In this document: positions 1 through 8,792 of the stretch, one piece after another
How positions within the stretch are numbered: position 1 is the first letter of the stretch
How the letters are laid out: each line of letters starts with the position of its first letter
Translations under genes and position numbers: made by a program
The notes under the pieces: model-generated
The model's input: only the letters and a program-made list of their open reading frames with translations
Database searches by the model: none
What the model was told of the DNA's origin: nothing
Origin: an uncultured Halobellus sp.
GTDB taxonomy: Archaea; Halobacteriota; Halobacteria; Halobacteriales; Haloferacaceae
Assembly: GCA_964538415.1 (NCBI GenBank)
Contig: CAZIFX010000003.1
Coordinates: forward strand, 2,073 to 66,072
Direction of reading: 5' to 3'
Length of the DNA stretch: 64,000 bases

Positions 1-324
1 GTAGGCGTCGGCGTTGTGCTTCGCCTGAAATATCCGTACGATGCCGGTGAGCGCGAAGACCAAAAGCGCGTACGCCTGAAGTCCGAAGAACGCGTGAATG
101 ACGGCATCGCCGGTCATCTGTCCGAGGATCCGGGGCAGCATCCACGTCACCACCGGCACCGTCGTGAGCGCCAGCCCGACGGCGATGTACTTCAGGTGGT
201 GGATCAACACCTCCCACGTGACCGTCTCGGCGTCGATCATGATCCACGCCCCGTACAACAGAAACGGCAGGCTTGCGGTCACCGACAGCCCGGCGATCAT
301 CGCGATGACCGACTCGTCGACCAT
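1..324 (-). CDS. Conserved haloarchaeal membrane protein (3' end runs off the window)
   Basis: Read manually: ATG at 324, MVDESVIAMIAGLSVTASLPFLLYGAWIMIDAETVTW..., three hydrophobic segments, open to position 1; divergent from the 452 gene. Confidence 0.8.
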   Translation of the reverse strand, partial: MVDESVIAMIAGLSVTASLPFLLYGAWIMIDAETVTWEVLIHHLKYIAVGLALTTVPVVTWMLPRILGQMTGDAVIHAFFGLQAYALLVFALTGIVRIFQAKHNADAY

Positions 325-451
325 ATCGGTGGATTACGGCCCCATCGCGTAAAGTCCCGCGATCCCCGTTTTGTCGCGAGGATCGGAACGAGCCTTTATA
401 CGCTCAAAGCGGACGAAAACCGTTAGCCCCCGGAGCACATAGGTGGGGTCG

Positions 452-1306
452 ATGGACGACGCCTCGCCGCGATCGAGCCCGGACGGCGCCGAACGACGGG
501 AGGGTGAACGAACCGACGAGGAGTCACCCGAGTCCGGCACGCAGTCACCCGGATCCGACGCGGATTCGACGGAAGCCGCCGGGATCAACGACGAACTCGC
601 CGAGCTTCGCGAACGGGTCGACGCGGAGTACGATTTCGAGGACTTCGGGCCGGAGGACATGGCCCGAATGAGCGCCCAGGAGTGGGACGCCGCCTTCGAT
701 CCGGAGACGTGGATCACGGGCGACGAGCTGCTCGACCGGGCGGAAGCCGAGCTGAAATCCCGGATCGCTCGCCGGGAGGTGTTCGGTCTCCTCGAGCGCG
801 TGGAGGAAGCCGGCGAGGAACGGCTCCTCGTCTACTCGGACGAGGGGTACGCGATCCTGCGACCCGGCGGCGAAATCAGCGGTCGGGGCACGGTGTTGCG
901 GGACGTCGAGCCGGTCGTCGCGCTGGCGGCCATGGAGGAGTACGAGGTGGCCGACCCGCCGGACGACTGGTCGCTGCCGGATCCGGAGACGGTGCCGCAG
1001 GGCTCCGGCGAGTTCGGAAACCTCATGATCCAGATCGTTGCGGGCCTGCAGGTTCTCGCGGGGGTCGCGCTGATCGGAGCGACGCTGTTTCTCGGCGTGG
1101 AGACCATCGTCGCGCCCGCCGTCGGGATCCTCTTTCTGTTGATCGGCGTCTTTCTGTTCGCGATGGTCGCGAACGCGCGACTCTCCGATCGGTTCCGCGC
1201 GGAGGAGTATCGCCGACGGCTTCGCGCGCTTCGTGAAGCCGAGGAACGACCCGACTTCGTCCCCGTCGAGGGACCCTCGATCTCCGACGAGAACGAAGAG
1301 CCCTGA
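452..1306 (+). CDS. Acidic hypothetical protein with two C-terminal TM helices (pet-cluster associated)
   Basis: Acidic ORF; TTTATA box ~396-401; hydrophobic hairpin near the C-terminus; ATG 452 preferred over GTG 443. Confidence 0.8.
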   Translation: MDDASPRSSPDGAERREGERTDEESPESGTQSPGSDADSTEAAGINDELAELRERVDAEYDFEDFGPEDMARMSAQEWDAAFDPETWITGDELLDRAEAELKSRIARREVFGLLERVEEAGEERLLVYSDEGYAILRPGGEISGRGTVLRDVEPVVALAAMEEYEVADPPDDWSLPDPETVPQGSGEFGNLMIQIVAGLQVLAGVALIGATLFLGVETIVAPAVGILFLLIGVFLFAMVANARLSDRFRAEEYRRRLRALREAEERPDFVPVEGPSISDENEEP

Positions 1307-1371
1307 AACGGCTGAATTCGACACACTCGGGGGGCGTACGAGCCGCCCGTCGGTCGACGATAGTCGGTGGG

Positions 1372-1377
1372 TTTAAG
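1372..1377 (+). promoter_or_regulatory. TATA box of halocyanin/pet operon
   Basis: TTTAAG about 27 nt upstream of ATG 1404, typical spacing for a leaderless haloarchaeal transcript. Confidence 0.6.
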
Positions 1378-1403
1378 CGCGCGCCGTCCTGAGGGAGAGC
1401 CGT

Positions 1404-2057
1404 ATGAAACGGCGGGATTTCGTTCGAACGGCCGGCGGTGCCACCGCCGCGGTCGCCGCCACGACCGCAGCGACCGGCACGGTCGCGGCCGAGGAACGCC
1501 CGGACTTCGAGGGGTACCTCGACGGCATCGACGGAGGGTATCAGGACCTCCGCGGCCAGGACGAGGTAGTCGTCGACGTCGGGGCTTCCGGTAACGGCGG
1601 GAACCTCGCGTTCTCGCCGGCCGGAATCTGGATAGACGAGGGGACGACCGTGGTCTTCGAGTGGACCGGCGAGGGCGGCGGGCACAACGTCGTCGCCGAC
1701 GAGGAGAACACCGACTTCGAGAACGTCCACACCGACCTCGACAGCGGGAATCCGGTCGACGAGGAGGGGTACACCTACGAGTACACCTTCGAGGAGGGCG
1801 GCCGAACCGGCTACGTCTGTACGCCCCACCGCGGCGTCAACATGTTCGGAGCGGTCGCCGTCGGCGACGACGTCCCGATCATCGAGCCCGGGCCCGATGA
1901 CGGATGGCCCGAGGACGTCGGACAGTGGGGCGTCCCGATCCACGCCCACTGGGTCGGCGTCGCCTCGATGTTCGGGATCGTGTTGACCTTCGTCTTCACG
2001 TTCTACATGCTGAAGTACGGCGAGTCCGCCCACACCGGACACGGAGGGAGCAGATGA
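1404..2057 (+). CDS. Halocyanin (plastocyanin/azurin-family blue copper protein), Tat-exported with C-terminal membrane anchor
   Basis: MKRRDFVR twin-arginine signal; GGHNV and C-TP-H-x4-M copper ligands; C-terminal TM helix. Confidence 0.92.
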   Translation: MKRRDFVRTAGGATAAVAATTAATGTVAAEERPDFEGYLDGIDGGYQDLRGQDEVVVDVGASGNGGNLAFSPAGIWIDEGTTVVFEWTGEGGGHNVVADEENTDFENVHTDLDSGNPVDEEGYTYEYTFEEGGRTGYVCTPHRGVNMFGAVAVGDDVPIIEPGPDDGWPEDVGQWGVPIHAHWVGVASMFGIVLTFVFTFYMLKYGESAHTGHGGSR

Positions 2058-2443
2058 GCTCCAGCGGCTCCTCGTACGGCGACATCCACCGGTATGAACC
2101 GGCCCGCGAGAGCACGACGGCCGCCATCGCCATCGTGTTGCTCACCGTCATCGAGGTCGTCTTCGTCTTCCTGTTCGTCTACGGGCTGATGTTCGGCTGG
2201 GCCTCGACGGAGTTCGGCAACATGTACATGGGCGCGCTGCTCGCGCTGATCTTCATCGACCTCGGCTTCATCCTGCTTTTGTATCGCAAGGAGTTCCTCC
2301 CCGACGTCATGATCGTGAAGAAACGCCGTCGGAAGTGGGAGGACCTCTACGTGCGTGAAGACCAGAAGGACGGCGTCGAACTGGAAGCCGGAGACGCGTG
2401 GGACACGGTGAAACGCGCGATCTACCCGTACTACAAGCGGTGA
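2054..2443 (+). CDS. Conserved 2-TM protein of the haloarchaeal pet cluster
   Basis: ATGA overlap with the halocyanin stop; MSSSGSSYGDIHRYE...; two hydrophobic helices. Confidence 0.85.
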   Translation: MSSSGSSYGDIHRYEPARESTTAAIAIVLLTVIEVVFVFLFVYGLMFGWASTEFGNMYMGALLALIFIDLGFILLLYRKEFLPDVMIVKKRRRKWEDLYVREDQKDGVELEAGDAWDTVKRAIYPYYKR

Positions 2444-2450
2444 CATCACA

Positions 2451-3260
2451 ATGAGCCTCAAGAAACAAGACGAGATGGACCACAATGCGTGGCTCAAACA
2501 GCAGGATCTGACGGTCATCGAGACCGCGTTCCTCACCACGCTCATCTGGCTGGACAAACGGCTGCGCATCGTCGACTACCTCGAGCTGCTGGAGACGATG
2601 TACTACCGGGCGAACCTCCAGATGCCGAAAAGCCACACCGAACAGTACGACCTGGACAACAAGTTCTGGTACTGGTACCCCCTCTACTCGCTCGGCTCGC
2701 TGTCGATCATCGCGTACCTCGTGGCGGCGGTGTCGGGGGCACTTCTGGGGTTCTACTACTCGCCGTCGACGGCTGGCGCGGTGGCCCAGGGCGATCCCAC
2801 GGCCGCGTACGATTCGGTCGTCGAGATCATGCAGGACGTGCAGTTCGGCTTCATGCTTCGCTCGATCCACCGGTGGTCCGCACAGTTCATGGTGGCGGCG
2901 GTGTTCCTGCACATGCTGCGCGTCTACTTCACCGGTTCCTACAAGGAGCCCCGTGAGGTCAACTGGATCCTCGGCATCGTGCTCATCGCCCTGACGCTTC
3001 TGTTCGGGTTCTCCGGCTACGTCCTGCCGTGGAAGCAGCTGTCCTTCTGGGCGGCACAGATCGGCGTCGAGATGGCGCTCGCGACCCCCCTCGTGGGCGA
3101 GTGGGCCGCACAGCTTCTGTTCGGTGGGTTTACTCTCGGACAGGCGACGCTCGTGAGAATGTACATCCTGCACGTCTTCGTGTTGCCGTTCGTGGTCACG
3201 GCGCTCATCGCGCTCCACGTCGGCATCGTCTGGGTGCAGGGCATCGCGGAGCCGCACTAG
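2451..3260 (+). CDS. petB: Cytochrome b6-like subunit of the bc complex
   Basis: RSIHRWSA...FLHMLR and ILHVF...ALHV heme-ligating His pairs; YKEPREVNW; GYVLPW. Confidence 0.95.
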   Translation: MSLKKQDEMDHNAWLKQQDLTVIETAFLTTLIWLDKRLRIVDYLELLETMYYRANLQMPKSHTEQYDLDNKFWYWYPLYSLGSLSIIAYLVAAVSGALLGFYYSPSTAGAVAQGDPTAAYDSVVEIMQDVQFGFMLRSIHRWSAQFMVAAVFLHMLRVYFTGSYKEPREVNWILGIVLIALTLLFGFSGYVLPWKQLSFWAAQIGVEMALATPLVGEWAAQLLFGGFTLGQATLVRMYILHVFVLPFVVTALIALHVGIVWVQGIAEPH

Positions 3261-3264
3261 ATCA

Positions 3265-4095
3265 ATGACCGACGACGACCACACTCCGACCGAGTCGCCC
3301 GACGCGTCGAGCGACGCCGGTCGGGCGATCACCGACGGCGGAACCGACGAGAAAGCACGCACGGACGGCGGACCGCCGGCGACGGTCCCGCCGGACGACG
3401 AGACGCCGACCTGGAGCGAGCGCAAGGAGCGCACGCAGGGGCTCTCACAGCTCACCTACCAGTACTTCGAGCGCTCCCGACGCGAGGACGAGGACCTCCG
3501 CACGAAGTCCACGTACGTCGAGCGCGACGTCCTCGGCTTCCCGGCTTGGCCCCACGAGACGATCCGCAACCTCGCGATCACGAGCTTCTTCATCGGCGTG
3601 ATGCTGCTCGTCTCCGCGGTGTTGCCGCCGCACTTCGGCGACCCGGCGAACCCGGGGTCGACGCCGGCGATCATCCTGCCCGACTGGTACCTCTACTGGT
3701 CGTTCGGGCTGCTCCACCTCGACCCGATCAACCCCGAACTCGCCATCCTCGGCGGCGACAAGGTCATGTCCGACGAGCTGTACGGGCTCGTCGCACACGG
3801 CGTCATCTTCGGGTTCATCACGCTCGTGCCCTTCCTCAACAAGGGAAGCGCGCGGCGGCCGGTTGAAGAACCCATGTGGGCCGCGATCGGCGTCTCCGGC
3901 GTGATCTTCTCGGTCACGCTGGGGGTTCTCGCGATCCAGAACCTCGTGCCCATCGAGCTCGACCTCCTGCTCAACCTCGTCTTCCTGCTGCCGGTGATCG
4001 GTGCCATCGTCACCTACGCGGTGTTGAAGACGATGCGTGAGGGGTACATGTACGATCTCAACCGGCGGTACTACATGCTGCGACCGCCGAAGTAA
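3265..4095 (+). CDS. petD: Cytochrome b/b6 C-terminal subunit (subunit IV)
   Basis: PAWPHE, PANPGSTP, ILPDWY (PEWY-like) motifs; directly follows petB. Confidence 0.93.
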   Translation: MTDDDHTPTESPDASSDAGRAITDGGTDEKARTDGGPPATVPPDDETPTWSERKERTQGLSQLTYQYFERSRREDEDLRTKSTYVERDVLGFPAWPHETIRNLAITSFFIGVMLLVSAVLPPHFGDPANPGSTPAIILPDWYLYWSFGLLHLDPINPELAILGGDKVMSDELYGLVAHGVIFGFITLVPFLNKGSARRPVEEPMWAAIGVSGVIFSVTLGVLAIQNLVPIELDLLLNLVFLLPVIGAIVTYAVLKTMREGYMYDLNRRYYMLRPPK

Positions 4096-4155
4096 CGTCC
4101 GCGATCACCGTCGTTCCCTCCCGCCGTTTCCGACTTCGACGACACCGAACTCCCC

Positions 4156-4596
4156 ATGACCGACACGAACGCCACCGACTCTCGGGACGACTTCCAGGCC
4201 GTCGACGAGACCGGAGACCCGATCGCGAAGGACGACCCCGAGGACCCACGGACCGAGCCGATCGGGCCGCGGGTCGGCCCGGACGGTCGTGAGATCGTCG
4301 TCCCGCTCCGGCTATATAAAACGGTCACCGTCTTCTCGACGCTGGCGGCCATCGCCACGTACTTCGTCGGATTCACGCTGATCGATGCCGCGACGCTTCA
4401 GATCAGCTTCGTCCGGACGACGATCATCTTCCTGCTCGAGGCGTTCGGGATCGGGGTCTCCGAGGACGTGTTGACGGCGCTGCTTGCGATCGCCGGCATC
4501 GGGTCGATCCTGCTCGGAACGGCCATTTACGTCCTCGGAACGCGTTTTCGAGCCCAGGGAATGGGAAAGGCTCAAGAGGACTCCAGCGAAGAGTAA
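4156..4596 (+). CDS. Conserved 2-TM protein of the pet cluster
   Basis: VVPLRLYKTVTVFSTL; two TM segments; acidic N-terminus; co-oriented. Confidence 0.82.
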   Translation: MTDTNATDSRDDFQAVDETGDPIAKDDPEDPRTEPIGPRVGPDGREIVVPLRLYKTVTVFSTLAAIATYFVGFTLIDAATLQISFVRTTIIFLLEAFGIGVSEDVLTALLAIAGIGSILLGTAIYVLGTRFRAQGMGKAQEDSSEE

Positions 4597-4600
4597 GCCA

Positions 4601-4873
4601 ATGGCAGACGAGTTCATGAAGGGCCTCGCCCTCTTCACTCTCGGGGGGCTCGGGTGGCTCACGTTCGCGGGCTGGTACCGAACGCCGAGCTTCTACAACA
4701 TCGACCAACTGTTCAGCGATCCGACCGGCGTCAACAGCGTCTACGACGAGATCGGGGTGCTCGCCGGCGACGCCTTCTTCTGGCTCATGATCATCGGCGC
4801 GTTGACGTTCTGGGTGCTGGTGCCGGCGACGCGAGAGCTGCGCGAGACGCTCGCGGACGACGCCGCGAACTGA
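4601..4873 (+). CDS. Small 2-TM protein of the pet cluster
   Basis: MADEFMKGLAL... starts 4 nt after the previous stop; WYRTPSF; two TM segments. Confidence 0.82.
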   Translation: MADEFMKGLALFTLGGLGWLTFAGWYRTPSFYNIDQLFSDPTGVNSVYDEIGVLAGDAFFWLMIIGALTFWVLVPATRELRETLADDAAN

Positions 4874-4924
4874 TTCGAGTACGACCCGACGAAGCGATTC
4901 TCCCCCGTTCGCCGCGGGCGTTAT

Positions 4925-5548
4925 ATGCTGCCCAGGCGCAATACCACGGGCTTCAGGCCGTGGATACGCGCCGTTACTGGTGGTCACAGACCACCGGTCG
5001 GATGCTTCTCCGAGTTTCCAACGGTTACGTTTAATTGACAGGCCGCCCCACTAAGGAATAGGAATCGGTCGGAACGGAGCGGATTCCGATCCGTCCTACG
5101 GAGGCGGCCTGTCCGCCCACGTAACGAGGTCGTTCGAAAATCGAAGGTTCTCGTGATCACGAGAGACGGAGTCCCTCGGACGACAGTATCCGAAAGGGCA
5201 GCAGGTGAACGCACGTTCTAGAAGCGTGTGTCCGTGCCGACTGCTGAAAGCGAGCACCACGATACCCCTGACTCTACTGACGCCTGCCGGCGTCCTCGTG
5301 GCAAAAACAACACCGGGACGCTCAACACGGCCGAGGAGAGGGGTAACGGCGGTTTGACACCGTCCTCAGAAATCGAAGATTTCTGATGTGCGAACGAGAA
5401 CGGAGTTCTCGTTACCGCCAACAGTCCACCACATCGATACTGTGGGACTACCCGTGCCCGAAAGGTGTGGTAGTCCGCCGAGTGGACTCCAAACCTGACA
5501 CTCCCACCGCTCGGGATTTCTCCGCGTTCACGCGGAGGAGGATGTCAA
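4925..5548 (+). mobile_element. Non-autonomous, ORF-less IS200/IS605-family derivative (PATE/MITE-like)
   Basis: TTAT at 4921-4924 followed by left-end hairpin GGCGC..CCACGG-GCTTCAGG-CCGTGG..GCGCC (4935-4972); right-end hairpin CTCCGCG-TTCA-CGCGGAG followed by GAGGATGTCAA (5520-5548); lower GC; no credible ORF. Confidence 0.75.
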
Positions 5549-5568
5549 CCGCGACATACTGATCCACA
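5336..5568 (+). ncRNA. Putative TnpB omega-RNA/reRNA scaffold plus flanking guide
   Basis: Nested stems GGCGGT/ACCGCC, AGTCCAC/GTGGACT, GGACTACC/GGTAGTCC ending in the IS right-end hairpin and TCAA; the 5' boundary is approximate. Confidence 0.5.
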
Positions 5569-5672
5569 ACGAGCGTGGCTGCGGCTCGTGGGCTACCCAC
5601 ATTTAAAACTGCGGGCCTCCGCACTGTTACCGCTGTGAACCGTACAAACACGAAAGCCACCGTCAGCCCGAT

Positions 5673-6431
5673 TCACAGCGCCATGAAGCCGCCGTCGACC
5701 TGGAAGATCCCGCCCGTGGCGAAGGAGGCCTCCTCGGAGAGCAGCCAGGCGGCGGGGGCGGCGATCTCCTCCGGCTTCCCGATCCGGCCGATCGGGTGCA
5801 TGTCGACGAACGACTCGAACGACTCCGGACTCTTCTCGCGAAACCGCCGGGAGACCTCGGTGTCGACGGTGCCCGGACAGATGGCGTTGACGCGGATCCC
5901 GTCGTCGGCGTACTCGACCGCCGCAGTGCGGGTGAGCCCGATGATCCCGTGTTTCGTGGCGACGTAGGGTGCCGATCCCGCGCCGGTCTGTCCGGAGATC
6001 GACGACGTGTTCACGATCGCGCCGCCGCCGTTCGCGACCATCTCGGGGATCTCGTGTTTCAGACAGAGCCAGACCCCTTTGAGGTTGACGTCGACGACGC
6101 GGTCCCAGTTCGCCTCGGTCTGCTCGGCGGTCGGTTCGTTGTCGCCCTCGATGCCGGCGTTGTTAAACGCGAGATCGAGCGAGCCGAACGCCTCGACGGT
6201 CTCCGCGACCATCGACTCGACGGCGTCCTCGTCGGCCACGTCGGCCTCGATGAATCGCGCCGAACCGCCGCCGGTCAGGACCTCGTCCGTCACGGCCGTT
6301 CCTCCCTCGACGTCGACGTCCACGACGGCGACGTCGGCGCCCTCGTCGGCGAGTCGTCGGGCGGTCGCCCGCCCGATCCCCGAGGCGGCGCCGGTCACGA
6401 TCGCGGTCTTCCCATCCATGTCGTACGACAT
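5673..6431 (-). CDS. SDR-family NAD(P)-dependent oxidoreductase
   Basis: TGAASGIG, NNAG and YVATK motifs; start MSYDMDGK at 6431. Confidence 0.93.
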   Translation of the reverse strand: MSYDMDGKTAIVTGAASGIGRATARRLADEGADVAVVDVDVEGGTAVTDEVLTGGGSARFIEADVADEDAVESMVAETVEAFGSLDLAFNNAGIEGDNEPTAEQTEANWDRVVDVNLKGVWLCLKHEIPEMVANGGGAIVNTSSISGQTGAGSAPYVATKHGIIGLTRTAAVEYADDGIRVNAICPGTVDTEVSRRFREKSPESFESFVDMHPIGRIGKPEEIAAPAAWLLSEEASFATGGIFQVDGGFMAL

Positions 6432-6483
6432 GGATGGACGGATACGTAGGATCGAAATAAATCGGTCGGCCGAACGTATCGTA

Positions 6484-7269
6484 TCAGTTCGTGGCGACGT
6501 ATTCGTCGACCAACCGTTCGAGCCCGTCGGCGGTCGCGACCGTGTGCGCCGCCGAAAGCGGCGACACGGACACCTCGTCGTCGAGGATCGCCCGGCGATC
6601 CGTTCCGGCCGGGTCCGGGACGGCCCCCTCACGCATTCGGTCCCAGATCCCGTCATGGAGCGTGACGCCCGTCTCCGTTCGTTCGGCGCCGAGTTCGTGC
6701 CGCGTCGACGGGCGGGTCAGCCGTATCGGCGCGGGCTCTCCCGACGAGATCGGCGCGTTGACGTTGAGATAATCGACCGTCTCGAACGCGCCGCCAGCCA
6801 CCGCACGGTCGACGAGGAATCGCGTCGCCCGGGCCGCGTGAGCGAACTCCTCCTGATCGAGTTCCCGCTTCCACCAGTCGTCACCACCGGGAACGTACAT
6901 CGAGGTGGCGATGGCCGGCAGGCCGAAGAACGTGGCCTCGACGGCCGCGGAGACGGTTCCGGATCGACCCAAGGTGTACTCGCCGAGGTTCGCTCCCTTG
7001 TTACAGCCCGAGACGACGACATCGGCGTCGGGCACCAGCGTTCCGAGCCCCGCGACGACGCAGTCGGACGGCGTTCCCTCCACTGCGTATCCGAGTTCGT
7101 GGTCGTGAACGTCGACCTCGCTGGAAAGGCTTCGGCCGACCGCGGACCGATCCTCGACCGGCGCGACGGCCGTCACCTCGTAGTCGTCCGCGAGCACCTC
7201 GTACAACGCATGCAACCCGACGGCGTCGATGCCGTCGTCGTTCGTCAACAGGATCCGCTCGACGCTCAT
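6484..7269 (-). CDS. surE: 5'/3'-nucleotidase SurE
   Basis: ILLTNDDGI, GTPSDCV, SGCNKGANLG, SGTVSAA. Confidence 0.95.
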   Translation of the reverse strand: MSVERILLTNDDGIDAVGLHALYEVLADDYEVTAVAPVEDRSAVGRSLSSEVDVHDHELGYAVEGTPSDCVVAGLGTLVPDADVVVSGCNKGANLGEYTLGRSGTVSAAVEATFFGLPAIATSMYVPGGDDWWKRELDQEEFAHAARATRFLVDRAVAGGAFETVDYLNVNAPISSGEPAPIRLTRPSTRHELGAERTETGVTLHDGIWDRMREGAVPDPAGTDRRAILDDEVSVSPLSAAHTVATADGLERLVDEYVATN

Positions 7270-7376
7270 ACGAACTCCTAGGGAGGTTCGGGCAAAAGTC
7301 CACCGTCGAGTCCACGTGTCGCCGACGGGCGGCCGACGAACGGAACACACAGGTACCCGGAGCGAGAAGGACATCC

Positions 7377-7718
7377 ATGGGATTCGGCGACACGGCAAAA
7401 CGGATCCAGACCCTCGCGGACAAGGCTGAACAGACCTACCAGAAGCTCAACGAGCTTCGCGACGAGGTCGAGGACACCCAGACGACGGTGAAAGACACCG
7501 CGGAGCGCATCAGTCGGCTGGAAAACGAGATGGCCGAACAGCGGGCCGTCCTGAACGCGGTCGCCGAGGAGGTCGGCGTCGACCTCGATGCGGTGAGCAC
7601 GCAGGCACACATCGTCGATGCCGAGGCGGCAGCCGCGGAGGGGACCGACGAGGAGGGGGCCGCTGAAGCGGACGGATCGGGAGACGATTCGACGGAATCC
7701 CCGGCCGCGAACGACTGA
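7377..7718 (+). CDS. Coiled-coil haloarchaeal protein (DUF5798-like)
   Basis: MGFGDTAKRIQTLAD...; heptad-rich, acidic tail. Confidence 0.8.
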   Translation: MGFGDTAKRIQTLADKAEQTYQKLNELRDEVEDTQTTVKDTAERISRLENEMAEQRAVLNAVAEEVGVDLDAVSTQAHIVDAEAAAAEGTDEEGAAEADGSGDDSTESPAAND

Positions 7719-7784
7719 GCCGAACCCGTCGACGGACGTTCGACGATGCAACACTCTAAGTATGCGACGCCGCTTCGTTGAGAC

Positions 7785-8765
7785 ATGACCACCCATCGGG
7801 AGCCCCTCCCGTCGGTGTTGGAGACCATCGGGGAAACGCCGCTCGTTCGCGTCCACGACTCGCCGGACACGGTGCCGGTCTACGCGAAACTGGAGTCGTT
7901 CAATCCCGGCGCGAGCATCAAAGACCGGATCGGGAAGTACATGCTCGAGCGGATGCTCGAGCGCGGGGAGCTCTCGTCCGGCGGCACCGTCATCGAGCCG
8001 ACCGCCGGCAACACCGGGATCGGGATCGCGGTCGCCGCCGGACGACTCGATCTACGGGCGGTGTTCGTCGTTCCGGAGCGCTTCTCGGTGGAAAAACAGC
8101 AGCTCATGCGCGCGCTCGGCGCCGACGTGATCAACACGCCCACCGAGGACGGGATGGGCTACGCCATCGAACGTGCTCACGAGCTGGCCGCCGAGCTCGA
8201 CAACGCGGCGGTTCCACAGCAGTTCTCCAACCCGCTCAACGCGGAGGCACACTACGAGACGACCGCCCCGGAGATCGACGAGGCGCTCGACGGCGAGGTC
8301 GGCGCGATCGTCGTCGGCTGCGGCACCGGCGGCACCCTGATGGGACTGGCGGGCTACTTCCGCGACCGTGACCCCGACACCCACGTCGTCGCCGTCGAGC
8401 CGGAGGGCTCCGCGTACCGCGAGTTCCTCGGCGAGGAGGTCGAACACGAGGAGTACAAGACCGAGGGGATCGGCACCCACGACATCGAGACGAACGAGCT
8501 GTTCGACCCATCGCTCGTCGACGACATCCGACCGATCTCGGATCGTGCGGTCCACGAGGAGATGGCTCGGCTCGCGGCCGAGGAGGGACAGCTCGTCGCG
8601 TCCTCGGCCGCCGCCAACGGCGTCGCCGCGAAACGCGTCGCACGAGGGATCGATTCGGGCGAGATCGACGCCCCCCACGACGTCGTCGTCACCGTCTTCG
8701 CCGACTCCTCCGAACGCTACCTCTCGAAGGGCGTCTACCGTTCCTTCGAGGAATGGACGGGTTAA
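7785..8765 (+). CDS. cysK: PLP-dependent cysteine synthase / cystathionine beta-synthase family
   Basis: KLESFNPGASIKDR, TAGNTG, GCGTGGT. Confidence 0.88.
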   Translation: MTTHREPLPSVLETIGETPLVRVHDSPDTVPVYAKLESFNPGASIKDRIGKYMLERMLERGELSSGGTVIEPTAGNTGIGIAVAAGRLDLRAVFVVPERFSVEKQQLMRALGADVINTPTEDGMGYAIERAHELAAELDNAAVPQQFSNPLNAEAHYETTAPEIDEALDGEVGAIVVGCGTGGTLMGLAGYFRDRDPDTHVVAVEPEGSAYREFLGEEVEHEEYKTEGIGTHDIETNELFDPSLVDDIRPISDRAVHEEMARLAAEEGQLVASSAAANGVAAKRVARGIDSGEIDAPHDVVVTVFADSSERYLSKGVYRSFEEWTG

Positions 8766-8792
8766 CTCGTCGGCGAACGCCCCACCCCGGGA

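Noticed and set aside
5190-5480. Group I intron / IStron (GACTA...TAGTC resembles P7; GGTGAAC...CCGTGCC resembles P4)
   Set aside because: GGACTACC/GGTAGTCC forms a simple local hairpin with no room for P3/P8/J8-7. The element ends in TCAA, not a terminal G, and is intergenic.
5601-5672. TTTAAAA box plus GTG start (VNRTNTK...) as a gene or tnpB N-terminal remnant
   Set aside because: Similarity is too short; the frame continues as the antisense shadow of the SDR gene.
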